Shown: one piece after another, positions 24,001 to 36,121 of the stretch
How positions within the stretch are numbered: the stretch's first letter is position 1
Layout: each line of letters starts with the position of its first letter
Assembly: GCA_964106645.2 (NCBI GenBank)
Contig: OZ067040.1
Length of the DNA: 64,000 nucleotides
Origin: Podarcis pityusensis
Taxonomy: Eukaryota
Direction: 5' to 3' (one strand)
Notes under the pieces: generated by a model
The model's input: the letters and a program-made list of their open reading frames with translations, nothing else
Told to the model about the DNA's origin: nothing
The model's database searches: none
Program-made: the position numbers and the translations under genes

Positions 24001-27000
24001 CACACTTCCCCCACCCAAGGCCAATCTCAAAGTCAGGCCCCCACCCAGAGGCACAGCCCCTTGAAAGCCAAACAAGGCCTCTTGTGTTGGTCTCAGCCTC
24101 TCAAACTGCTCGCCCTGCTCTTCGCTTCCAGCTTCGGGACCAACTCTGACAGAGGCCAAAGAGGAGTCAGGCCAGGCTAGCGATGACCAGTCTTTCTGGA
24201 GATGCCCCTGGTCACATTTTAGCGTAAAAGGCATGGCCATTTTGAACTGCTCCCGGGGAGGGGAGCCTTTTCCATCAAAGGCTCCAGACCACAAGAGAGC
24301 CAGGATAGCCCCAGGAATGCCCTGTGCAAAACAGGCATGTCAGCTGCCCCCCAAGACCAGCAGTCAGTCAGCCTTGGCTGGTCAAACCAGTCACCATCCT
24401 GCCACTCTCAGCCTCAGCCAGCCGGCACAAAAAGGTGAACTATGTGCTCAACCTCCTCCCAAGCCCCCCCCCCCCATTCAGCCTGTGGGTGAGCAACAAG
24501 TCCCTTCCAAGCAAGGAACATCTTCTGGCACCCAGGTGCCTGGGGAGAGGACCTTCTCCTGGAACATGAGCCAAGGAAGCAGGAGGCAGCCGTAGCTTTC
24601 AAGCCTTTCAATTCCTGAAAGGGCATGGAAGCTGAGTGTGGAACCACATCCTGAAACTGCAAAGCACCTTTGCACCCACATGCCAGGGCTCCCAAAGCTT
24701 CTAGATGCAGCTGGTGCCATTTCTACCAATGCCTACTAAAGCCATCACCCAAACAGGAGTTTCCGGTATGTTCCAGCATTGCTCTGGTTAGGGAAAGGAC
24801 AGCTCATACAGGCAACCTATGGAAATAGGATAAAGTCCCTCAAGACAACAGTGCCATGTTCCTTGAAGAGAGAAGTACTGGGTGGGTGGCTGGAATTAAA
24901 TGCACACACACTGAGCACCACCTGGCCATACCCAGCTTCAGGGGAAGAGAGAAAAGAGCTTTGTGTAAGGTAAAGATAAAGGACCCCTGGACGGTTAAGT
25001 CTAGCCAAAGGCGACCATGGAGTGCGGCACTCGTCTCTGCTTTCAGGCCGAGGGAGCTGGCCTTTGTCCACAGACAGCTTTCCGGGTCTTGTGGCCAGCA
25101 GGACCAAACCGCTTCTGGTGCAATGGGACACCGTGATGGAAACCAGAGCACACAGAAACGCCGTTTACCTTCCCACTACAGCCGTACCTATTTATTTATT
25201 TACTCGCATGGTGTGCCTTTGAACCACTAGGTTGGCAGGAGCTGGGACAAAGAGACAGGAGCTCACCCTGTCGCACGGATTCCAACCCCAAGAGGCTCAG
25301 TGGTTTAGACCACAGCTGTGTACAAGGCTGTCTTAGAACATTGCTCAGGAAGTTGAGGGACTGCAGAATATAGCATCAGAATTGTTAAACGGGATGATGG
25401 ATGGAGAATATCACCAGGAGCTACATGCATACAAATCCTGGGTCTAATCTGAGCACATTTGAAGGTGTTGCTTTTAGCTTATAAATGTTCTAAACAGTTT
25501 TGAACCATGACACCTACAGCAGGGCTGGGGAACCCGTGGCCTTCCAGGTGTTGTGGGATGGATGGCAGGAGGTGAGAGTTCCACAGTACCTGGAGAGCAA
25601 CTCCCCGTCCCCTAACCTGGCTGGCTGGTGCTAAGGGGAGTTGTAGCCCCTAATCTTTCCTACATAAACCTGCCTGACCAGTAAGCTGAGCCTCAGAGCC
25701 ACCACTTCTCTCGGAATTCTTTTCCCCAGAAAGGATTGTCTGCGGTAGTCTTTATTCTCGCTTTGGCGCCAGGTGAAAACTTGGATTGGCCCAGACCTTG
25801 AAATTCTGTTTATTTTAAGCTCTAGCTTGAGTTTCAGCTGGCCAGATCGGCAGCTGCTAATTTTTATTGAACTCTTTTATTCATAAGCAACTCTGATCTA
25901 GATCTGCACATAATGCTGAGATCAGAATTCAGTTTCTAATACCAAATACTGAATGCTTCCTTATGCGCTTACATTCATAATCTTACGTAAGATTTACTTG
26001 TCGTGTCAGTTGCCCATCTCTACTGTAGTTATATCCCACCTGGGGGGAAAGCCCACAGCCACCTTGAAAGAAAGCAGGAGAATGCTGAACTGGGTATAAA
26101 ATAAAGGATGATGCATCAATAGAGAACAGAGGCTGAAATAGAAGACACTCATCTCTAGAGACCCTTCGTCTGCAAACAGCCTGACACGCCCTCCCCAAGA
26201 AGCAGCACAAACATGAAGCAGGCAAGGAACCTTTGACAAAATACTCATAAAATTCCAATATTTTGTCGCTTGCTGAAAATATTGATTTGGTAGTTATAAT
26301 TTTTATGGTGTTTTAATTATTTCATCCTACACTGCTATGATATGATTATGAACTGGTTTATAAATATTCTTACAAATCAACCAATATAATCAGAGTTGGA
26401 ATGGACCCTGAAGGCCATCTTGCGCAACCCCCTGCTCACTGCATCCCTGATGGATGGTGGTCCAGATGCCTCCAGCCCCCCCCCCCCCGGCACCTCTGTT
26501 CCACTGCCAAGCAGCTCCTCCACTTGGGAACTTTTCTACTAATGTTGAACTGAAATCTGTTTCCCTCCTGCAATTCCCATGCATTGCTTCTTGTCCTGCC
26601 CTCCAGAGCAACAGAGCAGGCTTCTGATGCAGCTCTTTCCACTAGTCACCCACTACATTCTACCTCCACCCCTCAGGTCCTGCTTGTGGGCTTCCCACTG
26701 GGGCATCTGGTTGGCCCTTGGGGGACAGGATGCTGGACTGGATGAGCCGTTGGTTTGTTCCAGTTCCTTTTATGACGATCAGTTAAGACACCTAGATCCT
26801 CTCTATGTTCAACAGTAAATTTCATAAATCACTCAGAAGCCATCCAGGCATTAAATGTTATATAAATCAACAATAATATCATCCTTTCTTTGTGCTACAA
26901 ACACAGATGCCTGACTTAGAGAATCAAAGAGCAGAGTCCTACCTTGCAAGAAACTGCTCTGCACCCCTGCAAGTCCACAGCTACTGAAAACTTGGGAAGC

Positions 27001-27765
27001 AAGGAGGCCCAGGGGCAAAGAACAATAGAATTGTGGAGTTGGAAGGGACCCTGAGGGTCATCTAGTCCAACCCCCTACAACGCAGGAATCTCAACTAAAA
27101 CACCCCTGACAGGTGGCCATCCGAGCTCTGCTTAAACACCTCCCAGGAAGGAGGGTCCACCGCCTCTCTCTCTCCCAAAGAGGGAAGGGTCCACTGCACT
27201 GTCCAACAGCAGCGCCCGGGGAAAAGCCGCGGCTGAGCAGCAACATGCGATGCTGGGCAAGGAGCAGCTCTCCAGCTCAGCTCCCGCATCTCCACGGAGG
27301 CCGGGGAAAGATCCCTGTCCTTGACGCTTCCGGGCGCCCAACTGGACAGCAGCCCTGGCAGGCCCGACGGCTGGGCCTCCCGGCTTCCCGTTTCTGCGGC
27401 TCCCTGAAGCCGACGGGGCCACCGCAGCAGCCTCGGTGGGCTGCCCGGGGGCCGCTTCTTCCTCCCGGGCCTTTCCGGGCCCTCCCCGCTCCCGGGGAGA
27501 AGATCCGCGCCGCTCTCACCTCCTCGCGGCGCTTCTGCCACCTCCCGCACGGCGACTCCTCCAGGATCTCCGACTCGTCCTCGCTCTCCTCCTCCTCCTC
27601 CTCCTCCTGCGCCGCCGCCGCCGCCGAGGCCGCCAGCGGAGGGGACAGCGAGGTCATCCCGGGCCCCGCCGCCTCGGCCTTCGGGTCGGAGCCGCCGCCG
27701 CCGCCGCCGCCGCCGCCTGCTCCTCCGCTGTTGGGTCCGGCCTGCTTGGCTTCGCCTTCGGACAT
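7180..27765 (-). CDS. NRBP1: Nuclear receptor-binding protein 1 (pseudokinase adaptor), 544 aa
   Basis: Coding exons 27520-27765, 20847-20969, 20481-20582, 20308-20397, 19991-20031, 19550-19644, 11440-11523, 10404-10462, 9943-10041, 9719-9851, 8378-8480, 8161-8211, 7867-8002, 7715-7768, 7528-7591, 7369-7424, 7180-7278 (1635 nt). Peptides match NRBP1: ESEILEESPCGRWQKRREE, AYLAMDTEEGVEVVWNEV, IIHGNLTCDTIFIQHNGLIKIGS, C-terminal AAVTVSS*. A probable non-coding exon lies upstream (donor at 27973, acceptor at 27789). Confidence 0.97.
11104..11227. mobile_element. hAT-type MITE
   Basis: TIRs CAGCGTTTCTCAACC / GGCTGAGAAGCACTG; 8-bp TSD CCTTAGAG (11096-11103) / CCTTGGAG (11228-11235). Confidence 0.7.
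13332..13579. mobile_element. hAT-type MITE
   Basis: TIRs CAGGGGTCTGCAAAC / GTTTGCCTACCCATG; perfect 8-bp TSD GTTTGGAC at 13324-13331 and 13580-13587. Confidence 0.8.
15587..15610 (-). CDS. NRBP1: 24-nt alternative microexon of NRBP1 encoding VFHRIFAN
   Basis: Minus strand reads ...ctctttctctctctctcgccaacag|TCTTTCATAGGATTTTTGCTAATG|gtgagc; phase 1-1, in frame between ...KIGS and VAPDT; resembles NRBP2 GSVWHRIFSN. Confidence 0.85.
21620..21990 (+). mobile_element. CR1 LINE fragments
   Basis: GGGTTGGACTAGACGACCC...TTCTATGATTC 3' end, followed by an ORF2 C-terminal fragment (GGGAACTGGGTATGTTTACCTTGGAAAAGAGGAGACTGAGAGG). Confidence 0.65.
24967..25315 (-). mobile_element. Sauria SINE
   Basis: Begins AAGGTAAAGATAAAGGACCCCTGGAC; homologous to 89-450. 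Confidence 0.75.
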
Positions 27766-28470
27766 CGCCGGGAACCGAGAGGCGCGACCTGCACCGGAGG
27801 GGGCGGGAGGGAAGTGAGGCGCCGCTCGGGAGCCGGAGGGGCGGGGCGGGGCCGGGGCGGGGCGGGGCCTCGGCGGCCCCTCGGCAACCGGGAGGGGCGG
27901 AGTGGGGCGGCCCCCCCCTCCCGGGCCTGACGGCGGCGACCCCGCCCCCTCCGCCCCTCCGCGGCCCACTCACCGGGCGCGGGCCGGTCTCCAGCTCGCG
28001 AGGGCCAACGGGCAGCAGACGGAGCCGCGCGCCGCCTCACGCGCTGCGGAGGGAGCGACGCCAGCCGAGGCGGGCCGGGACCCGACGTCGACCAATGAAC
28101 GGGCGGGCCGGGCCGCGGAGCGCCTTCGGATTGGCCGCCTCTCGGCCTGCGACCTGTCCGTCTGACGGGACGTCGACGCTGACGGGGAGGGCGGGTCCTC
28201 GGCGGGCCGCGGAGCGGAGTGCGCGTGCGCTCGCAGGAGAGGGCGGGGCAGGGAGCTCGCCGGCCGAGCGGCGGCGCGCGTGCGCAGTGCGGACTCCCCG
28301 GGAAGAGCGTCCGGCCCGTCGGCTTCCACGGAGGCGCCCGCGGGCCGCTTAGGGCGGGGCGGGATGAGGCCTCTCACCTGTCCATCCCACTGCGGAAACG
28401 GGCTTGGAGGGCTCCTGTTGAGCTGGAGCGGCGCAGGAAAGGCTTTCCTAGGCGAGGATCCCGCGACTCA
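27200..28470 (-). promoter_or_regulatory. NRBP1 CpG-island promoter
   Basis: CpG-dense; GC boxes at 27838-27870; CCAAT at 28092 and ATTGG at 28130; NRF1-like GCGCGTGCGC at 28221 and 28276. Confidence 0.75.
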
Positions 28471-28913
28471 AGCAAATAATAATAATAATAATAATAATAA
28501 TATAAAAAAATTATATATTGCCCTATACCCACGGGTCTCAGGGTGCTTTATCTATTTTTAGGATCTGTGGGATTAGCAGAAACGACTCAGCCAGGCTATT
28601 GGGAAAGGTTTTATCAAGAACATCTTGCTCTCCATACTATTTCAGCTCAGGTTTTACTGGTAAAAGTGATATTTCATCAATAAATTGATGGATCCCTTGA
28701 TAAAACGGAGCTAAGTGAAAGCATCTGCTATAAATAGGCACATCTGACTACTTTGTTACCATTTTAACTGAGATGTTGCCATGGTCATTTGCAGAAGGGC
28801 TCCTACTACGTTACTATCCCTGTGCATTGATAGTGATATGTCATTATATTTCCATAAGAGTTGGAATCAAATGAAAAATCCATGGCAGATGACCACCCAA
28901 CCTCTACTTAAAA

Positions 28914-29113
28914 NNNNNNNNNNNNNNNNNNNNNNNNNNNNNNNNNNNNNNNNNNNNNNNNNNNNNNNNNNNNNNNNNNNNNNNNNNNNNNNNNNNNNNN
29001 NNNNNNNNNNNNNNNNNNNNNNNNNNNNNNNNNNNNNNNNNNNNNNNNNNNNNNNNNNNNNNNNNNNNNNNNNNNNNNNNNNNNNNNNNNNNNNNNNNNN
29101 NNNNNNNNNNNNN
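28914..29113. other. Assembly gap (200 N)
   Basis: Run of 200 N; true size unknown. Confidence 0.99.
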
Positions 29114-29417
29114 CTCACAAATCAATTGTTCTTTACCTGTTCTAGGACCCTTCCTGGTATCAAGCTGACTGGTCGGTAGTTGCCTGGATCTTCTCCCCCT
29201 TTTTGAAGACGGGGAGAACATTTGCCCACCTCCAGGGACCTCACCTGTTCTCCAAGGTTCTAAGGCAGATGCTCTGAGATTACACCTGCAAGTTTCTTCA
29301 GCACCCTTGGATGCTGCTCACCAGGCCCTGGAGGTTGGAATTCATTTGAAGTCTCCAGGTGTTCCCTTTCCCCCTCTTTTCCTATCTTGCGCTGCAGCTC
29401 CCTCTTTGCATCGTTTA

Positions 29418-29632
29418 CAGTGGTACCTCAGGTTACAGACGCTTCAGGTTACAGACTCCGCTAACCTGGAAATACCACTTCGGTTTAAGAACTTGGCTTC
29501 AGGATGAGAACAGAAATCGCGCGGCGGCAGTGGGAGGCCCCATTAGCTAAAGTGGTACCTCAGGTTAAGAACAGTTTCAGGTTGAGAACGGACCTCCAGA
29601 ACGAATTAAATTATTAACCCGAGGTACCACTG
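29418..29632. mobile_element. Tc1/mariner (pogo/Tigger-like) MITE
   Basis: TIR CAGTGGTACCTC...GAGGTACCACTG flanked by TA on both sides; related copy in opposite orientation at 43684-43925. Confidence 0.85.
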
Positions 29633-29636
29633 TATT

Positions 29637-30002
29637 CTGGGACGCAGGTGGCGCTGTGGGTAAAACCTCAGCGCCTAGGACTTGCCGATCGTCAGGTCGG
29701 CAGTTCGAATCCCTGCGGTGGGGTGCGCTCCCGTTGCTTGGTCCCAGCACCTGCCAACCTAGCAGTTCGAAAGCGCCTCCGGGTGCAAGTAGATAAATAG
29801 GGACCGCTTACTAGCGGGAAGGTAAACGGCGTTTCCGTGTGCTGCGCTGGCTCGCCAGATGCAGCTTGTCACGCTGGCCACGTGACCCGGAAGTGTCTCC
29901 GGACAGCGCTGGCCCCCGGCCTCTTAAGTGAGATGGGCGCACAACCCTAGAGCTGGACACGACTGGCCCGTACGGGCAGGGGTACCTTTACCTTTACCTT
30001 TT
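29637..30002 (+). mobile_element. Full-length Sauria SINE with TSD
   Basis: tRNA-like head with A/B boxes (GGTGGCGCTGTGGG, GTTCGAATCC), (ACCTTT)n tail, TSD TACCACTGTATT at 29625-29636 and 30003-30014. Confidence 0.85.
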
Positions 30003-30726
30003 TACCACTGTATTATGTTATCACCAGGTTGGGCATCAGTTTTCTTTTGGGTGAAGACAGAGGTGCTGAGCAGTTCCGCCTTCCCTTGATCACCCAAAAA
30101 CCTTTATCCTCTTTTAATAAAAAGGTGGACACTGGGTGATAGAAGCTAGCTGGCCCCTGTCATCCTGGGCAGAACTGTTGGTGCTGTGCATTTCTTCCTT
30201 AAATCAGGTAGAAGGGAAGGAAATTCAGTGGTTATTTAATTTAAGTTACTAAGTAGTAGACCTTATGCAAATCCAGAGTGGAGTCGCTAAGACGGTTGAA
30301 TAGCATCTTGTATGCCTCTTTCCTGCAACTCCTGCAGCCAAGCTGGTGTCAGACAAATGCAGGAGAGAACCTGTTTCAGACCAGAAACTGCATTCTGTCA
30401 TTGACAGCCGGGGGGGGGGGGCACATGCCTGCCTGGGTGGGGCTAAAGGCCAAGGTGGGGAGGGCAATGGATGTGGCTTTTGTACACCTGGATGCCTTTC
30501 AGCCTTTCAAGTCAGAGGATTCTGCAGACATCCTTCTCTAGCCAGCAAGCAAGAGACATTATTCAAGGGTGATGTTGGTTCTCTCACTGGTCCCTGCAAT
30601 GTCCCAGAGGCCCCACTGGCCTCTGCTGGAAGTTAGGCATTTGGGGTCCTCCCTCCCTGCAATGCAAAGGAATCCTCCCTCTTTTTTATATAGACAGTCT
30701 TAGCCAATCATACAATTATCTGCATT

Positions 30727-32902
30727 ACAAAAGGCTAAATTAATTGTAAATAATGTGGTGACGGAAGAATTTAAGATAGAAAAAGGAACACGACAGGGGT
30801 GCCCAATCTCCCCACTGCTTTTTATATTGGTCCTGGAGGTTCTGCTGAATATGATTAGAAGGGACCGGTTGGTTAAAGGCATACAGGTCGGAGCCAAACA
30901 GTACAAACTGAGAGCATTTGCAAATGACTTAGTATTGACGTTACAGGAGCCAGAATCTAGTACTAAAAGGGTTTTAGAACTAATTCAAGAATTTGGTCAA
31001 GTGGCAGGATTTAAACTGAACAAGTTAAAAACTAAGGTTTTAGAGAAAAATTTAACACCGATTGAAAGAGAGAGGTTTCAGAATGAGACAGGTTTGACTG
31101 TGGTTAAGAAAGTGAAATACCTGGGGATTAATATGACAGCCAAAAATGGGAACTTATTTAAAGATAATTATGAAAAATGTTGGACGGAAGTGAAAAAAAG
31201 ATTTAGAAACTTGGTCAAATTTGAAGCTTTCACTGTTGGGTCGTATTGCTGTGATAAAAATGAATGTATTGCCTAGAATGCTGTTTTTGTTTCAAACATT
31301 GCAAATTGTGGACAAGATGGATTGTTTCAAGAAGTGGCAGAGAGATATTTCTAGATTTGTCTGGCAGGGCAAGAAGCCCAGAATAAAATTTAAGATATTA
31401 ACTGATGCAAAGGAAAGGGGTGGATTTGCCCTGCCAGACTTTAAACTTTACTATGAATCAGCAGCTTTTTGCTGGTTGAAAGAATGGCTACTTCTTGAAA
31501 ACACAGACATTTTGGACCTAGAAGGTTTTAACAATGTATTTGGATGGCATGCATATCTGTGGTATGACAAGGTCAAAGCGCATAAAGCATTTAAAAACCA
31601 TATTGTCAGGAAAGCATTGTTTAATGTTTGGATAAGATACAAGGATTTATTGGAAAACAAAACCCCAAGGTGGCTGTCACCGATGGAAGCGAAAGCTCTG
31701 AAAAGGCTCAATATGGAGGCCAATTGGCCGAAATATTGGGAAATTTTGGAACAAGATGGAGATAGATTGAAACTGCAGAGTTTTGAGAAACTAAAAAATA
31801 AAGTGCGAGACTGGCTTCATTATTATCAGATAATGGAGGCATATAATTTGGACAAGAAAATTGGCTTCCAGGTGGAAAAATCAAAATTAGAAACAGAACT
31901 GTTAGAACCCAAAACTAAGATTTTGTCAAAGATGTATAACTTGCTGTTGAAATGGAATACTCAGGATGAAACGGTGAAATCTGTTATGATTAAATGGGCA
32001 CAAGATTTTGGACATAACATTATGTTTGCTGACTGGGAACAGTTGTGGACCACAGGTATGAAGTTTACAGCATGTAATGCTTTAAGAGAGAATATTATGA
32101 AAATGATATACAGGTGGTACATGACCCCAGTCAAGCTTGCAAAAATTTATCACTTGCCCGATAACAAATGTTGGAAATGTAAAGAAACTGAAGGTACATT
32201 CTTTCACCTTTGGTGGACGTGCCCAAGGATTAAGGCTTTCTGGGAAATGATATATAATGAACTGAAAAAGGTATTTAAATATACCTTCTTGAAGAAACCA
32301 GAGGCCTTTCTCCTGGGCATAGTCGGCCAATTGGTGCCAAAGAAGGATAGAACCTTTTTTATGTATGCCACAACAGCAGCAAGAATACTCATTGCAAAGT
32401 ATTGGAAGACACAAGATCTACCCACTCTGGAAGAATGGCAGATGAAGCTGATGGACTATATGGAACTGGCAGAAATGACTGGCAGAATCCAAGATCAGGG
32501 AAAAGAGTCGGTGGAAGAAGAGTGGAAGAAATTCAAAGATTATCTACAGAAATACTGTAAAATTAATGAATGTTAGAATGATGTTGGATAGAAATTAAGT
32601 GGTTTCCAGCTGTAATGCTTTAAGGGAATATGAAAAAAGGGTTATAAATAGGTAAAAATCTAATGCTATTATTTTTAAGATCAAGGATTAGGATAATTAA
32701 AGAAGGTAAGGATTTGCTGAACCAACAGATTGAAGTGGAATACAAAAAAGGGAGGTATGAGGAGGTCCGGGAAACAAGCTAAAGGAAAATAAGTAATGGA
32801 AAATCTGGGTGTTTTTAACCATTTTTATTTTGTATTTTTGTTATTTTTTTTCACTTTTATTGTAATATTTTAAAAAATCTTAATAAATATCTTATTAAAA
32901 AA
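30727..32902 (+). mobile_element. 5'-truncated L1-clade LINE: ORF2 C-terminal half (partial RT plus CCHC knuckle), 3'UTR, A-tail
   Basis: GTRQGCPISPLLF, F-A-N-D at the YADD/FADD position, KYLG, CWKC-x8-H-x4-C; frameshift in the A-run at ~31193-31199 joins ORFs 30755-31276 and 31221-32576; 18-bp TSD CATACAATTATCTGCATT at 30709-30726 and 32903-32920. Confidence 0.93.
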
Positions 32903-33743
32903 CATACAATTATCTGCATTGTTCTTTGTATCATTTTATTTTATGTTACATGTTCTAACATCACAGTAATAATAACAGTAGTAAAGTGCCCTGATGTTTT
33001 ATGATCTAGCAGTTCAGAAATACTTTTATAAATGAACAAGAATTGCAGCTCAAGGACCCATTCCAGCCAGGGGGAAGCAGGGGCGGTGGGAGCAGAGCTG
33101 GCCAGTGCGGAGAGAGGGATGAGCAGCAGCCAGTCTGGCACAGGAAGAGGCCTGGGGGCCATATTTGCTCCCCAGCCCGGCCCGAGGACACCCCCGCTCT
33201 GCTCTAAGGCACAGCAGACCCAAGAGGTCAGCAGCAGCGGCCTCTGTGGCAGAGAGTCGGCCTTTGAAGCGACGCTGGCCGCTTCCAGCCACAGCGGCTG
33301 CCTTGCAAGCAGAAGAGCAGCTGGTGGCCTCCCTCGCGATGTGCAGTGGCCGCCTCTCGGCGCCGGGGGTCGGGTCTGTTCTTGAGGAGGTCGCTGCTTC
33401 TCAGCTGCTTCCTCGTCGACCCACTTTCCCGTTCCCGCTGCAGTTGATAAAAATGTGGCCGGTGGGATGAACCAGGAAGCCAAAACACTGGGAGGAAAGG
33501 AAGGCTTTTTCTGTGCCACCTGCCGCTTCCCGGGCAGGACAGGTGTGCGGGACCCTTGGCCCTCCAGGTGTCGCTGAACCACAACTCCCATCAGGCCCAG
33601 CAAGCTGGCTCCGTGGCCGGGATGGCAGGAGCTGGAGCTGAGCCGCACCTGGCGGGCCAAAGGTCCCGCGCACCTGCGGGAGGAGCCGGAAGCGCAGCGC
33701 GGCGGGGCCAGCCGGGTCTCTCCGGGGCTGAGCGAGAAGCGGG

Positions 33744-36121
33744 ATGGGTGAGCGCTTGGCCTGGCAGTCCCCTCTTTCCCCCACCCGCGGCCGCCCCTCT
33801 TTGCTCCCCGCCGGCAAGCAAAAGCGAATACACTCCAAGTCCCCCCCCCCCAAAAAGAGGAGTTTCAGCTCCGAGGTGGCCGCAGCATCACCCCATATCC
33901 GCCGCAGGGGCCCCTTGAGGAAGCCGTGCGCCTTTGCGCGTGGTGGCTGGGGCGCGGGGATCCCACGCAGCCCAGGGGGACTCTGATCCCGAGCTGCGCC
34001 CCCCTCCTCCTCCTCACCTCTCTTTCTACCCCCCCATCCCCTCCGCAGATGCGGGACCCCGCGCGCGGCGCCTGGTGCGCAGCGGCATCTCGCTGGTGGT
34101 GCTGGGCCACCTGAACCTGGTGCTGGGCGCCATCGTGCACGGCTCCGTCCTGCGCCACGTGGCGCGCCCCGCGCGCACCATCACCTCCGAGTACGCGGTG
34201 GCCAACGTGATCGCGGTGGTCTCGGGGCTGCTGGTGAGTGAGGGGCGGCGGGGCGGGCTGGGGCGCAGGCGAGCTCCTTTGGGGCAGGAGCAGCCGAGAG
34301 CCACCGCGCGTTCCCCGTGTCTCCCGCAGAGCATCGCCGCCGGCGTCGTGGCCATCCTGGTGTCGCGGAGCCGCTCCTCGCCTTGGCTGGTGAGTGCGCC
34401 CTGCGAGGAGGAGGAGGAGGAGAAGGGGCCAGGCGCCGCCTGGCTCCCTTCCCGGGGTGGGCGGGAGAAAGGGCGCCCTGGGCGGGGGGCCCCAGGCTGG
34501 GCTGGGGGCCCCCAGGGCTCGCTCACCCGTTGCCTCCCTCCGCCTCCCTTCTCAGCGCTGGGTGCTGCTGGCCGCGGCCCTGGTCAACGCGCTGGTGTCG
34601 GGCGCCTGCTGCGCGGGGCTGCTGCTCGCCGTCTCGCTCACCGTGGCCAACGGAGGCCGCTTCCTGCTCGCCGGCTGCAACCGCTCGGCTCTGGCGACCG
34701 ACGCCCGCACCGTGAGGACCGACGAGTGTCCCTTCGACACCACCCGCATCTTTGTGAGTTACTGGTACTATCTTGGTATTTATTTGCATCCCGTAGTTTC
34801 CCCTAACAGAGATTCAAGGTGGCTTATAGCTAAAAACACCGGGGGGAGCGGTAATTAAAAAGCAATTAACAGTAATTGGCATTAATAGAATAGAGATATC
34901 AAAACTTGTAAAAAGTATTAAGAAAATTTCAGTTGTACAAAATAAAGTGAAAAAGGAGAAAAATAAAAAGTGCAAAGAAAAATATAAAAGGAATATATAT
35001 GCATGTTACACTTCCATGTATTATCTATATAATGTACTGTTATTGCCCTAATACATATATGATTGTGGATAACCTGCTATATTATGTATAAATTCATTCT
35101 AAATGTCAATATCCAAAGTCTGCATCTCTCCACAATCTGTTCATCTTTTGCAAGGACTGTCATGTCTTCATTCCTTGAATTAAAGAGGACCAGATCTTTA
35201 TTCTTCATGTTCATCCATACCAGTCTTTTGGTCATAGGGTTTTAATTGTTTTTTTGTCAACTTCCATACAGCAGGTATATAATGCAAAAGAATATATACT
35301 TCTGAAAATTTCATTTTTTTCCTGCACAGTCATATTGATACAGTCCAGCACTTTCTCCCAAAACTTAGGGAGTAAGAACAAATGTTTCAAAGAAGCGCTG
35401 TCTTTATACATCTTCAACAAAAAGCTGCATTAGACAGTCCTTTTGTATACAAATTGTATGGAGTTCAATATTATTTTCTGTTGTATAAGTCGTAATTCAA
35501 GATCCATCGATATCTTTGCTACAGAAACTGAAACACTTTCCCACTATCAAAAAGTATAGGAGCATCCAATTCTTTCTTCCAATCGTTTCTTAAAGTCTGC
35601 ATCTCGAACTAGTAAATAACAAATATCTATAGAAAGTAATTGTGTTTTCAGTTTCAAAAGCTTTGACCAGTTCTTCTGAGGAGATCTTGGCTGCTCCCCA
35701 GCTGACCTTCTCTGCCTGCCTCTTCCCTCCCTAGGACACGGCCCTGGCCCTCTGGCTCCCTTCCTTGGTGATGGCAGCGGTGGAGGCTGGCTTGTCCGCC
35801 TGGTGCTGTGCGGCGTCTTTCTCTCTCTGCGGCCAGGGCCCCTCCTCCTACAAAGTGGCACTGGTAAGAGGGCACCTTTCTCCCTCCCCCCACATCCTCC
35901 CCACCCCGGCACTTGCAGAGTGACCCCTGGGGGCCACCCAGTGCGGCCCTCTTGCTCCCTGCTTTGCCCCAGGCCCCTGGGCAGTTGAAAAGCTTCTCTT
36001 TGGGCTCCTTTTCCAGCTTCAGGAGGCTGCCCCAGGAAAGGAGGTGGCAGAGGAAAGCTCCGGAAGAGACCCTCATCACCAGCTCCTGGTTGACGTGCAA
36101 GAAGAGGAGTGCAGCCTTTAG
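33744..36121 (+). CDS. KRTCAP3: Keratinocyte-associated protein 3 (TMEM54/BCLP family, multi-pass membrane), 226 aa
   Basis: Exons 33744-33747 (ATGG|gtgagc), 34049-34233 ([21 protein letters not shown]), 34330-34389, 34556-34753 (SLTVANGGR...[10 protein letters not shown]), 35735-35863 ([10 protein letters not shown]), 36017-36121. First and last exons are less certain than the core. Confidence 0.9.
34960..35660 (-). mobile_element. Degenerate L1 3' fragment in KRTCAP3 intron 4
   Basis: AT-rich block; minus-strand peptide ...[12 protein letters not shown]... resembles the L1 ORF2 region after the knuckle (compare PRIKAFWEMI in the 31221-32576 ORF). Confidence 0.5.

Noticed and set aside
28781-29221. 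ORFs containing X runs
   Set aside because: Artefacts of the N gap.
29640-29720. tRNA-like A/B boxes as a tRNA gene
   Set aside because: It is the head of a Sauria SINE with tail and TSD; no cloverleaf.
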